A stretch of DNA of 64,000 bases from Octopus sinensis. Its lineage: Eukaryota. The translations under genes and the position numbers were made by a program. Positions 1 to 12,689 of the stretch are shown piece by piece. Each line of letters opens with the position of its first letter. The stretch's first letter is position 1. Where the stretch lies: assembly GCF_006345805.1 (NCBI RefSeq), contig NC_043004.1, positions 29,078,001-29,142,000 of the forward strand, written 5' to 3'. A model generated the notes under the pieces. That model did not search any database. It saw nothing but the letters and a program-made list of their open reading frames with translations, and was not told where the DNA came from.

Positions 1-560
<560 letters not shown>

Positions 561-742
561 CATATGTATTTTCTGTATGAGTTAGAGGTTAAGTAACTCT
601 GTAAGGGATATTAAATATCCAGTATACTACTGGATGCGTACCTAATCATTTATAACCAAGTGCTTATTATTGCATGGCAATATGGCAATTAATTGGGTAT
701 TAGGTATGGGCAGGGGTAAATTAGAAATTTACCCAGGGTTTA

Positions 743-871
743 TAAGTCAAATAAAAAATTGACAGGATGTACAATCGAAAAATATCAGCCAGTAAACGTT
801 CAATTACATCTATTTATTAAATGAATACAAACATGTGTGAGATAAAATTGACGAATGAAATAAGTCAATAG
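743..871 (-). repeat. Dispersed repeat, diverged inverted partner of 2051-2181
   Basis: The reverse complement aligns by eye to 2051-2181 (tattgact...cattcgt...ctcacacatgtttgta...catttaataaa...actggctgat...cgattgt.catcc). Confidence 0.7.
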
Positions 872-881
872 CTGCATAAAC

Positions 882-957
<76 letters not shown>

Positions 958-1139
958 GAGAGATTTAAGAGAGAGACAGAATCACCCTCAAGTACTTAAT
1001 CATCACTGAACGACATTATCCACGCTAGCTACATATATGACTAAATATTAAAATTATCAAATTAATACCTTCAATTCTTATTCTAAATCATATACTTTAT
1101 ATATACTTTTATATATATACTTTTATATATACTTTTATA

Positions 1140-1725
1140 GACTATGTCCGTTTCCTGACAACAAATTCCTCGATATTGCTGAAATAGAAAGTCTCGAAAT
1201 ACAATACCATATTAAAACGATTATATTGCCAATCTTCAGGTCTAGATTATATGAACTTATTTTGCTGTTTACATCCTATATAAAGACATGACAAACTAAA
1301 ATTATATAACTAGAAGTTTCGGTTGACGACATGTTTCCATTATACAGTATAATGGAAACTCGATGTAAACCGCAGCCTGCGGAAATTACTCCTGAGTGTG
1401 ACTTTATTCGTCTATTTATCACAGGATGGAATAACATTTTTTATATTAACACCTTAATTAAAGTCCTTAACTTACCTTTCCTTACACTGCCTATCACATT
1501 ATTTTATTTTATTTTATTTTAACCTACTCTTTTTATTTAACTGACTTTCACATATGTTAGTTCCATAATATTTAGACCCTCTGAAGAAGCCTAGGGGCAC
1601 ATGCATTATTGTAACACTGTCCAATGTCTGTTCATCCCTGTATATCACAGACAGGATGATGTTAACTTGGAAGATTTCGTTGCCTCATAGTAGAAACGGC
1701 CGTAAGGGATTAGTACCTGTACACT
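1140..1725 (+). mobile_element. Penelope-like element 3' fragment / pLTR
   Basis: Ends in a ccctCTGAAGA...GAAACGGCCGTAaggg hammerhead-type terminus. A weak endonuclease-like C-terminal peptide (ESLEIQYHIK) lies upstream. Confidence 0.5.
1576..1712 (+). ncRNA. Minimal type I hammerhead-ribozyme-like motif (Penelope-associated)
   Basis: Stem I CCCT/AGGG, core CTGAAGA (1581-87), long imperfect stem II, GAAA (1693-96), C-GGCC-G palindromic stem III, GTA cleavage triplet. Confidence 0.6.
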
Positions 1726-1749
1726 CATCAATTCTTCTTCATATATAAA

Positions 1750-1950
1750 TATACATATTACTTGCATAGCATGTGACCTGATCTGCGATCGTGTGCTGGA
1801 ACGAAAAGAATTGCAGCATGGAAGTGTTTATAAGCCATTTAAGAAACACACAAAAACTGTTAGATTCACTTCAACATTTAAATTTAATTTACCAAAATAT
1901 CTTCGTCGCTTTGAGACCGCCACCTGTTCATTAACAAAATTCTTTGCTGC
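1750..1950 (+). repeat. Dispersed repeat family, copy 1 of 2 (other copy 42133-42320)
   Basis: cttgcatagca.gtga..tgatctg..atcgtgtgctg.aacgaaaa.aattgcagc...aagccatttaagaaa.acacaaaa...gattcacttcaacatttaa is shared by both loci. Confidence 0.85.
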
Positions 1951-1959
1951 ACACACAAT

Positions 1960-1981
1960 GCACACTTACACACACACACAC

Positions 1982-2039
<58 letters not shown>

Positions 2040-2188
2040 TATATATCTGTTATTGACTTTTTCATTCGTTAATTTGTATCACTCACACATGTTTGTAATC
2101 ATTTAATAAACAGGTATAATTGAATGTTAACTGGCTGATGGTCATCGATTGTGCATCCTCTCCATTTTCTTACTTGCCTTATATGTAT

Positions 2189-2242
<54 letters not shown>

Positions 2243-2256
2243 GTATATGTATATAT

Positions 2257-2288
<32 letters not shown>

Positions 2289-2292
2289 CATG

Positions 2293-2323
<31 letters not shown>

Positions 2324-2763
2324 GTGTGTGTATGTATATATATGTAATGTTTATGTATATATATCTATATATATATATACATGTATATATATATATATAT
2401 GCATATGTATATGGGTATGTATATTTACATCTGTATATATATGTGTGTGTATATATATGTATATGTGTGTGTATACATTTATATATATATGTATATATAC
2501 ATATGTGTATATATATATAAATATATATATATATATGTGTGTGTATATATACATATAAATATATGTATACATAAATATACATTTACGTGTATATATATAT
2601 ACATATATGTGTATATATATATACATATATGCATATATATACACACATATATGTTTACATATGTACACGCACACACCTATATATGTATATATGTATGTAT
2701 ATGTTTGCATATATATCAAATATATGTGTATGTAGGTATATATATACACACACACGCACACAT

Positions 2764-2819
<56 letters not shown>
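1960..2819. repeat. Compound (TA)/(TG)/(TATG) microsatellite
   Basis: Direct inspection. Confidence 0.95.
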
Positions 2820-3962
2820 CAGTGGCAGTTCGTGTATAGGCACTTTCTTACTGCAGCACCCCATATTTCCACTCAATATTATCGATAACGTTCAATATAA
2901 TGGGTCTTTTCTTCTTTAATTCTTTCTTCATACTTGTACGTTATATAATTCTTAATCTTAGTGCCAGTAGCCATCCCCTTGTTTACGAAAAAGATATAAA
3001 AATCCTTGTATAGAGCTGTGCGCTTCACTGTTCCAGCCACGCGGTGTTTGGTTGTTGTGCGCATGGTCACATGTTAGAGATAGGAATCTTCACGGTAAGG
3101 AGAGAGACAGAGTACAGTTTCGACCCCGGTGTTCCGTTGAACGATAGTGTTTTTTTGTACTTCTGTGTGTTGTGCTTAGAAACGTGATAATATTCTTGAA
3201 TTTGATGAAGCGTAGAATTACATTATTATCTTGCTTCCAACTTCTGTGTTGCTGCCAGGATTTGAAAAATGGGACACATACCCTACCCTCATTTTGTGAT
3301 TTAGGGAGATTTTGAAAACCCAGAGTGAATTCACGGCGGTGTTCAGTGGTCAAATTAATCACACTACCCGGCAGTGGCTAAAATGCGACCGATCAAGTTT
3401 ATGTATACATTTTTAGCAAGACTTCCTTTTGTATCTCACCCCCGAAAACCCCGGTTTTTATTCTATTTTATTTTTTTCTTCACAAAGCCCCGTTTTCGGC
3501 TACGGAGAATTCAAATCTGCAAAAAAATTTGGCAAAAATCGGTATCCCTCCCCACTCCCAATTTCTTCATTTTTTTTTTTTTTTTTTTTACCTTTTTCCG
3601 GGCTTTTGCTTTTCTTTTTAAAATCTGCGGAAAAATACGGAGATTATGATTCTGAAAAAAATTTCCAAAAATTTTTGTAAAATTTCAGACTAAAAAAAAA
3701 AAAAATTAGCCCTCCCCATCCCCTCGCAGAGATTAGGGGCGGGAGGGTAGCGAAATTTCAAAATGCCGATTTTTGGCAATTTTCCGGAATCTCCGTATCC
3801 GAAAACGGGGTTTTTTGGCAAAAGGGGGTGGGTGGAGGGACGAGAGAAATTCTTTCCAAATTTTCTTTTTACATGTTTGTGTCCTTTTACACAATATTAA
3901 AACAACGGCTATAAATTTTCTGAAGCAGCACCCCCACTAATTTTATCTACGAGCCGACACTG
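2820..3962. mobile_element. Non-autonomous DNA transposon (hAT-like MITE, about 1.14 kb)
   Basis: Imperfect TIRs: cagtggcagttcgtgtata (2820) and the reverse complement of the right end, cagtgtcggctcgtagata (ends 3962). A subterminal gcagcacccc motif occurs near both ends. Inserted in a TA tract. Confidence 0.65.
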
Positions 3963-4094
3963 ATATATATATATATATATAAAGTACATATAAACACCCA
4001 CACATTAAATTTTAAAACTTCTTTACACTCGTACAAATAGGCTCATCGATACATACTTCTGTAGAAAATGCGGAAATACTTCGGAAGAAACACG

Positions 4095-4112
4095 GTAATA
4101 CAGAAGCGCACA

Positions 4113-4183
<71 letters not shown>

Positions 4184-4420
4184 GTGTCTGCCTGCCTACC
4201 TGCCTGCCTGTCTGTCTGTCTGTCTGCCTGTCTGTCTATCTAGCTATTTATCTGTCTGTCTGTCTGTCTGTCTGTCAGTCTATCTGTCTGTCTATCTATC
4301 TATCTAGCTATCTATCTGTCTGTCTTTTTGTCTGTGCGTATGTGCATATGTGCATACGCGCGCGCAGGTGTGTGTACGTGTGTGCGTGCGTATGTTTGTG
4401 TGTGCGCGCGCATTTGTATG
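4095..4420. repeat. (TATC)n/(TGTC)n/(TG)n microsatellite
   Basis: Direct inspection. Confidence 0.95.
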
Positions 4421-4485
4421 ACTGTGTGACGCAAACTTTCTTCGTAAATTCTGTATGCTAGCTGGCACGACACATATGGCTTCGG

Positions 4486-4586
4486 CTTTTATAAGCAGGT
4501 TATGAGAGAACCGACGGCTACCAGGCAGGCAAGGCAAGGCCCTGGTGTTTCACCAGCACACAATCAATACTTCCGCCTTGACGTCA
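4486..4586 (-). promoter_or_regulatory. Candidate Pol II promoter (TATA + ETS-like + CRE), pointing leftwards
   Basis: On the minus strand: TGACGTCA (4579-86), GGCGGAAGT (4569-77) and TATAAAAG (4486-93), in relatively CpG-rich unique sequence. Motif evidence only. Confidence 0.3.
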
Positions 4587-6616
4587 TATGTAGCAGAAAA
4601 CCAACGTTGTTGTATGACGCTGCTCGCCCAAGTTGCTATTTCCAGCATTTTGCTACTCCTGTATATATACTGTTAGTTTATTTTCTTCTCTCAATCCTCA
4701 GCCTTAGCTAGTTCTCACTAAAACATTCCTCCCCCAATTCACCACGTTCAAGCTGATATTACTATTCAGCTACCATACGCACTACATTTTTCTCTTTTCT
4801 TATTTGGCCGGAATATGTCTGTATTTTAGTTATTTTTATATCCAGCTTTCGTCTATTTTCTGCTTTGCTGATTTAAGATGAGAAAATAATGGAAAATAAA
4901 TAAATAAATAAACGACTTCTCTTTACCAATGCATTTATCAATAAAAGATATTCCGCTTAAAATTTTTAATTGTGTGAAAGCTAGAAAGCCTTCGAATCCT
5001 CGTCGGCGTTCTGTGTGCATCAACGTCGCTCGTTTTATTTTATCATTATTCGGAAATAAATTATTTACAAAAAGTAAATAAAAAAATACGTGCTGGTTGC
5101 GTGTACAGACACACATACACACACACACACACACACATACACACACAATCATGCGTACACATACTCACACGTACACACACTTCTCAAACGTATATAGTTT
5201 CATATGACACAATAAATACGGGTGCGCATATGTGTTAGTTTGTACGTCTCGGTGCATGAGCCTGCATATATGTTTTATCCATATTACCAGTATACATACC
5301 GCGATATACGCTACATATTTTTATGAATTAATATATTTATAGTTAACATCAATGCAAATAATTTTCTATGATATTTATAAATGTTTGCATTATTAAAAAT
5401 ACAAAACTATAGTATTTATTCGGATACAGAAATATTAAGAAATTTTAAAACTAAATATTACTCTTTTCATAAATACTCAGGCAGACATGTACATATGTAT
5501 ATTGGCATTTTCTATGTACGTGCGTATACACGTGTATTTGTGTATGCGTGTGTAACTATTCTCTAGCTCGCTTTGCTCCGTACCTTCCAACAGCGATACA
5601 CACTAATTATGCTATTTCAACGTTTCTTTTAATGCTTTGTACTTGTCTATTATCACTTCTATGTGAAATATCATAAATATTCATACACTGAAGTCAACAT
5701 AACTAATATTAGTCCCCAACTGCTACTGCTGCGAATATTACAACTACTATTGCTCTTATTTCAACTAAATTCTGAACATACTTCCTCGACAAGTTATTTG
5801 GTGCGGAACTCTCGTCTTTCATATCTGTTAAAAAATCATAATAATAACATTCGATAATTGCTATTAAAAAAAACGTACATATTTTAGTAATAATTATTTT
5901 GAGTCGTGATATTTAAAACAAAATTTTACACAAGCTTTTATTATTGGATGTAAAGTGATAATTCTTATAGTGTTTCTCGAGTCGACTTGTAATTTGACAC
6001 GTTATAGTTGTTATTTTCACACAACAATTCACATTATTTCAACTACATTGCACGTGTTTGTTTTAAAATGTATGTACACACATTCATGTAAAATGGACTG
6101 ATTATTTCTGACGTATTTACAAAAATAAAGAACCAAACTAGAATCAGCGGTTAGTATTGTTGTTATCTACTGTTTTGATATTGAGTGTTACATATTTCCA
6201 TACGTTTCACATCCTTGTCTCACAATTTTTATTTACAGTCTAGGTATAACTAGATCAGTTAACTGTGTGCGATGTAATATACATCTGTTGTTCGTTGATG
6301 CTTGTTAAACATATCCTTGTCCTAAATACCACCACTTCTATTAATATGCTTGCGTTGTCATGTTTATATTTCGCCATTATACCCACCTAACGTTTTCCTC
6401 ATAACCTTAATTTTCTCTCATCGACGTGTGTGTGCTTGAAATTTGTGTAAATTTTAACCACTTAAATTTCAAACATTTTTGCATCAGTCTCTCTTTATGA
6501 ATGTGTGTGTGTGTGTATGTATCTCTATAAATTGTCTGTGTGCATGCACAGTCTCTCTATGTCTGTCTTTCTCTCCCTCTCTTTCTTTCTCTCTCTCTCT
6601 CTATATATATATAGAA

Positions 6617-6647
<31 letters not shown>

Positions 6648-8533
6648 CGATAAAAAGTAAAGTGTAAGAGAAAGAAAAGTGGAAGTCGAGAGTGGGTGCA
6701 CTTAGTAAAAATTATTCCTAAAAATTCTTGATTAATTACATAAGATGCATTTGTGTAGCTGAATTAGTTCAGCGAGAATGTGTCCCCATTCTAAGACAAA
6801 TCATATGCAACTATTTCTTTTTTAATTTATTACGTTTCACAAATATAGGAATATCTTATATCTTCTTATATCGTTATTAATGTCTTTGAGAAATTGTTTC
6901 AATTATATCATTTTAAACATGCACATTTCCACTCATTCATAGGAAGAAATAAAGGTTGTGATAACTAAAGGAAAAAGTTGTTGAAAATCTAAGATAATAT
7001 AAAATTTTATGAAGTATTGACGTTTACTGAGCATCGAAAAGTGTTTTTTGAAGGTATAAATAATTAAATATCCTGTGTGTTTTCCTTTGTATTTACCTAC
7101 ATTATCTATGTGTATGTAGGATAGTTTGGTGTAGAAGAATGTCAGAATATGCGTAATGGAGATTTGGTATTCTGGTACAGAATTAAGAGCATCAAGCTAA
7201 AATAGTTGGCTGTACCCTTGATGACATACTAAATATCTTAACTGAGAGGTTTTAGTTTCATGCACAGATCCTGCTGAGCGATTAAATTAAACATCAGTTA
7301 TACTACTAAGACAAAATTGCCATTACTTTCTGGACCGAGCCGACGTTACAGCAAACCTTTGGATTGAATCCAATTAATTTAAATTTATTTAATATTGCTT
7401 TATGTGCATGCAAAACATATAGTTTTGGAAACTAAGGAATTGTTAATATCATAACAATAGAAAAAAAAAAAGAATTATTCTTTATCTATGATATAAAAGA
7501 AATAATTAGTTTCATACAAAATATAACGATCTTTTTAAAGCGTAAACAATAGGGTGTTGATGTGCTCCTCTTATAAAGCAATCAATAAAAATGAATCACA
7601 AAAAAAAAAAAAATGATTCGATAAAAATTGATAATGTGCATCTGTACGTGGCTACATTTAAATATATTTTCAATCATTAGTATATATGTCATTTTTTTTT
7701 TATCTAAAATTATTTTAAGCCTCTTGTTTTCTTTCTCAATTGCTGCAAAAGACTTGTCTTGAGGTAAAACAATGATATGCTGAGATGCTTAAAGCTTTTC
7801 CAAACCTGTGTGGCATAATTTAAATGAAATGTTATAATGGGATGTTGGCACAATTCTGCAATAACTGTCCCTCGAAGTTGTGGACAAGGTAAAAAAAAAA
7901 ATTAAAATTCTGGAATTTTTTCTTTTTGTTTTAGAATCAACTCCCTCGTATGAAACGTAGGAATGATAAATTATTAGGGAAACTGTCGCTCTCTCCCTTT
8001 CATATGAGGAATGGGTTTCCGAGGGACAGCTTTCTTAAAACTCTGTCGGCTTTCTTGTCTTGATTTTCAAGGTGCTAGTTCCCTGGTCTACGATACTTAA
8101 TTTTGAAAATATTAATCCACTCTTTTGATTTTGCGAAAATATTTATCACAAATCACACATTTGATTACGTTTTCTTATTTAAAATCATATATGTGATCAT
8201 AAATATAAACACATGAGACTTATTTTACAGTGACGATATATATTCGTCTATGTGTGCGTATAGTAATGTTTATGCAAATGTTTATCATAAGAAATATTTA
8301 CAATCAACAAACACGATTGGTGCATTTAATAACAATTTATTAAAACGAGTTGATATTTTATTGCTTGGTTTATTTTTAAGCACAGAAAGAATTGTGGGAG
8401 ATTGATTAATCAGGAAAAGTCAGAATCATTGCAAGTCAAATAATTGTTCGCCCAAATCTTAAAAAATCGAATTCAGTATGTAGAAAATGTTATCCCTCTG
8501 TCTTAATTATCTATGTAAAATGTGCGTGCGTGC

Positions 8534-8626
<93 letters not shown>

Positions 8627-8704
8627 AATAAAACCAGAAATATATTTCTTACTCTGAAAATCGCAATACAAATGATTCTATTATTTTCTAAAACACCTCA
8701 TGTT

Positions 8705-8959
8705 CTAAGAGGGATCTACTGAATTTGACGGCCGGATGTTTTAGTTAATTTTTTTAAACCAAAAACTTTGAAACTTCGGATACTGGTAGAATGTGTCACA
8801 TAGAACAGGGTTTACTCTTTTTGTTTATGACAAAATTTTCTATTCTAGAAGTTATTTCGTGTTAAAGTTGTCGTGTTTGGGTAATTTTAACCAATCAATG
8901 ACGTGTATTCAGCTGAAGAAAATTACTGCAGCCGTTTGCGAACAGCAACTTCCGGGTCC

Positions 8960-8992
<33 letters not shown>

Positions 8993-10075
8993 TAATAATA
9001 GGCAGAAGTTAGAGTGACCATGACCAAATTCGTGTTTGATAAGTACTATTGATATATATACATATGGAAGAAAGACTCCGCCGGTTACGACGACGAGGGT
9101 CCCAGCTGATACGATCAACGGAACAGCTTGCTCGTGAAATTAACGTGCAAATGGCTGAGCATTCCACAGACACGTGTACCCTTAACGTAGTTCTCGGAGA
9201 TAATCAGCGTGACACAGAGAGTGACAAGGCTGACCCTTTGAAATACAAGTACAACTCATTTTTGCCAGCTGAGTGGACTGGAGCAACGTGAAATAAAGTG
9301 TCTTGCTCAAGGACACAACGCGTCGCCGGGAATCGAACTCACAACCTTACGATCATGAGCCGAATGCCCTAACCACTAAGCCACGCGCCCTCACATATAT
9401 ACATATATGCTGATGATATATATACATATATATAATTTTGTTATTATTTAGCCTCAAATCAACCTTATACAGCAAACCTATCATCAAAGGCAGTTCATCC
9501 TTCAGCAAACTGTCTTTTTGAGGATAATCTAGGACATTACGTACAATGTGCGTGTGATTTAGGTTGGGGGATACTTTGGCTGCTATTTTTAGCGTGTCGA
9601 GCGACCAGGTAGAGGCTCTTTCAATGGTTCGATTGCGTGATGAGATTTTTTTTTACACATATGTAATATGTATATATATCATCGGCATATATGTATATAT
9701 ATATATATATATCTCATTAGCACTTATCAAACACGAATTTGTCCATTATCTCCCTGTAACTTCTGCCTATTAATAATGTGTGTGTATATATATATACTTA
9801 TACATATATATATAAAATGGACCCGGAAGTTGCTGTTCGCAAACGGCAGCAGTGATTTTCTTCAGCTGAATACACGTCATTGATTGGTTAAAATTACTCA
9901 AATACGACAACTTCAACACGAAATAACTTCTGAAATACAAAATTTTGTCAAAAACGTTAAGAGTAAACCCTGTTCTATGTGACACATTCTACCAGTATCC
10001 GAAGTTTCAAAATGTTTAGTTAAAAAAAAAATTAATTAAAAAATCTGGCCGTCAAATTGAATAGGTCTTATAGGT
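8705..10075. mobile_element. Fold-back MITE (Tc1/mariner-like ends) with about 350-bp inverted arms, interrupted centrally
   Basis: 8705-9060 is the diverged reverse complement of 9715-10075 (aatttgacggcc, gaaacttcggatactggtagaatgtgtcacatagaacagggtttactct, ccaatcaatgacgtgtattcagctgaagaaaat, gcgaacagcaacttccgggtccatt). The exact termini are uncertain. Confidence 0.8.
9067..9394 (-). mobile_element. tRNA-derived SINE with CORE-like central domain
   Basis: Reverse complement has A-box tggcttagtggttagg, B-box gttcgattcc and then gtgtccttgagcaagacactt. Homologous to 18127-18403. Confidence 0.85.
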
Positions 10076-11492
10076 TTTCATGTACTGATGAAAATGGTGG
10101 AATCATTGGTAGAAGATTTCCTTTTTCTTTCGCTTGAATAAGTCAGAGTGTCAGTGATAAAAGAAGAATAAGTGTAAATTTTGAGCTTTCCTCTCCGACG
10201 AAAATAAACAACTTAATAGTCTGTCATATTTGACTGGTAAAAGTTCAGTCAGACCGGAATTATTTCAACTCGCTTCTACATTCGTTTATAGAGATGGAAA
10301 TGCTGCACGAGAGCATTACAGGATGAAATAGTCAACATCTGTTTGACCGATATAATTATGAAATACGAAGTCTTTCAATGGTTGAATTCCTCTTGGGTGT
10401 ATCCATTGGCTCCTGTGTTCGTTTCGTGATTTGGAAACATTCAAAGAAAAAACTGCTTGTAACGATGAATTGTATCCCTTCTCCATACCTATCTGGTATT
10501 AGACAAAACTATCGTGAGTTCAGTATCCGAGTAATGTTTAGTTGTAATGTCCCTCATGTATTTAGAGGGTGATCACGGAAACATATAGTCAGTTTTGTGT
10601 CACAGATATTGTGTTTCTTTTTCAAGGTCAGAAATGCTTTGATTCTGAACAATTCACATCTCACACATTTGGGCTAATGCTTCTCTACATGCACACACTT
10701 TTTAAATAAACTATTCATGAGAAAAGTCATCTAACCGATAAATGAACTCACCAAAATGTAGTTTTCTATCGGTAGATAACCGTAAAGCAACAGAAAACTA
10801 CTGTGCCCAGGGAGTGTAATACATAAAGTGTATCATGAAATGTCCAATTATTAATGATTTACATCTTTGAATTGTTATAGGCTACAACAGTCGAGATTTA
10901 TAGGAAACAGAAGGCAGTATTGTATTGAGGAGTTCTATATCATGAAGATTTTCATACTTGTTATGTATTCGAGCATAAAGAGAAAGTAGTGAAATTTTAA
11001 TGAGAATGTTATTCAATGGCACATCGTTTTAATAATGTTTTGAAGAGTTGCTATTATGAAGAGCTAGCCGTGTAGAGCTAGACGCTAGACTTGTACAGCT
11101 AGCATTATTTAAAGAGCACGGTACCTGACAAGTTAATTTTTCTAGTCCGTGTCTATGTAAGACATTTTGAAATACATTTGAATTTATATGTTTTTCTTTG
11201 TTTGAGGGTCCAGTTAATTTTTCGTGTTGTGGAGAACAGAGAATGGCACACATTTTAAAGAAAATATACTACTGAATTGCAAGAATCTTGTCTAGAATGC
11301 GGACATTTTTAAAGCTGTGTGTATGTAGATCTGTGACTCTAGTAGGGTTTTATATACTTGTTCACGGTTGTTTTCTTCTTTATCATACTTAATAGTTCAA
11401 TTATTGTAGGCACTACTTTTGCTTTCATGGCCCACATCAGATTTAGTTCCATTTCGAGACCTTTGTACTATACGTATGTATATATATATATA

Positions 11493-11881
<389 letters not shown>

Positions 11882-12689
11882 TTGCATACATACATATATA
11901 CGTACGTGCGCGCACGCACATGCTCTCCCCCTTACACATATATTGTGCATATACAATGTATATGAAAAAATCAAAATGAAAGTTTTTAACTCCTGCTGTG
12001 TAGTAAATAAACAGATGTAACATTTTTTAGACACTTCGTACTTTACACACAGAAAAATAAAAGATGTTAGTTATGATGATCTGTTTTATAACTGGTTGGC
12101 TATTCAACCCCTCTGCACACAAAATGGTTCTATGACAATCATGGTCAAATGATTAGATTAATCTGCATAAGGTGTAATTAAATAATTAATAAATATTTTA
12201 TGCATAAACACCGTTCAAGAGAAAATATAAAGCGAGTAGATTTAAAATACATCTTTTTATTCTGTAGGCACACAAACAAGGAGATCTCGTGAGATTCTAT
12301 GGCCTGTTGTCACTGTCAGGGGATAATTCCAAAATATTCTATCTCTTTCAGCCAGCTTTTAGTTTGGGTTAAATTTTAAAATAACGATTTTTATAAGTTC
12401 TCATCGTGGAAGGAAAATAAGAGACACTTCCTTCGAGGTACTGTTAATGTTACTATAACCACGCTATTTGTAATTACTGCAATCTTATTTAAATATGCCT
12501 GTAATAGTATAAACACAGAGATGTTTTCTTATGAAAAAGATTGTATGCTTTCATATTACGAATTTGATTATCCCACATTCAGAAGGTAAGACAATTTTTT
12601 TTTCTTCTATCAGTTTTAGCTCAAAGTTGAGGCTATCCTGGGTCACTGCCTATTTGCTACACTGTTATTATTGAGAGCCTTCTCTAATA

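Noticed and set aside
7740-7960. Short AG...GT-bounded segments that could be UTR or coding exons
   Set aside because: No recognisable protein similarity; splice-like dinucleotides are common in AT-rich DNA.
9320-9394. tRNA-like sequences (also 11700-11773 and 58910-58981)
   Set aside because: These are SINE heads with A/B boxes continuing into SINE bodies, and they lack a proper cloverleaf and acceptor stem.
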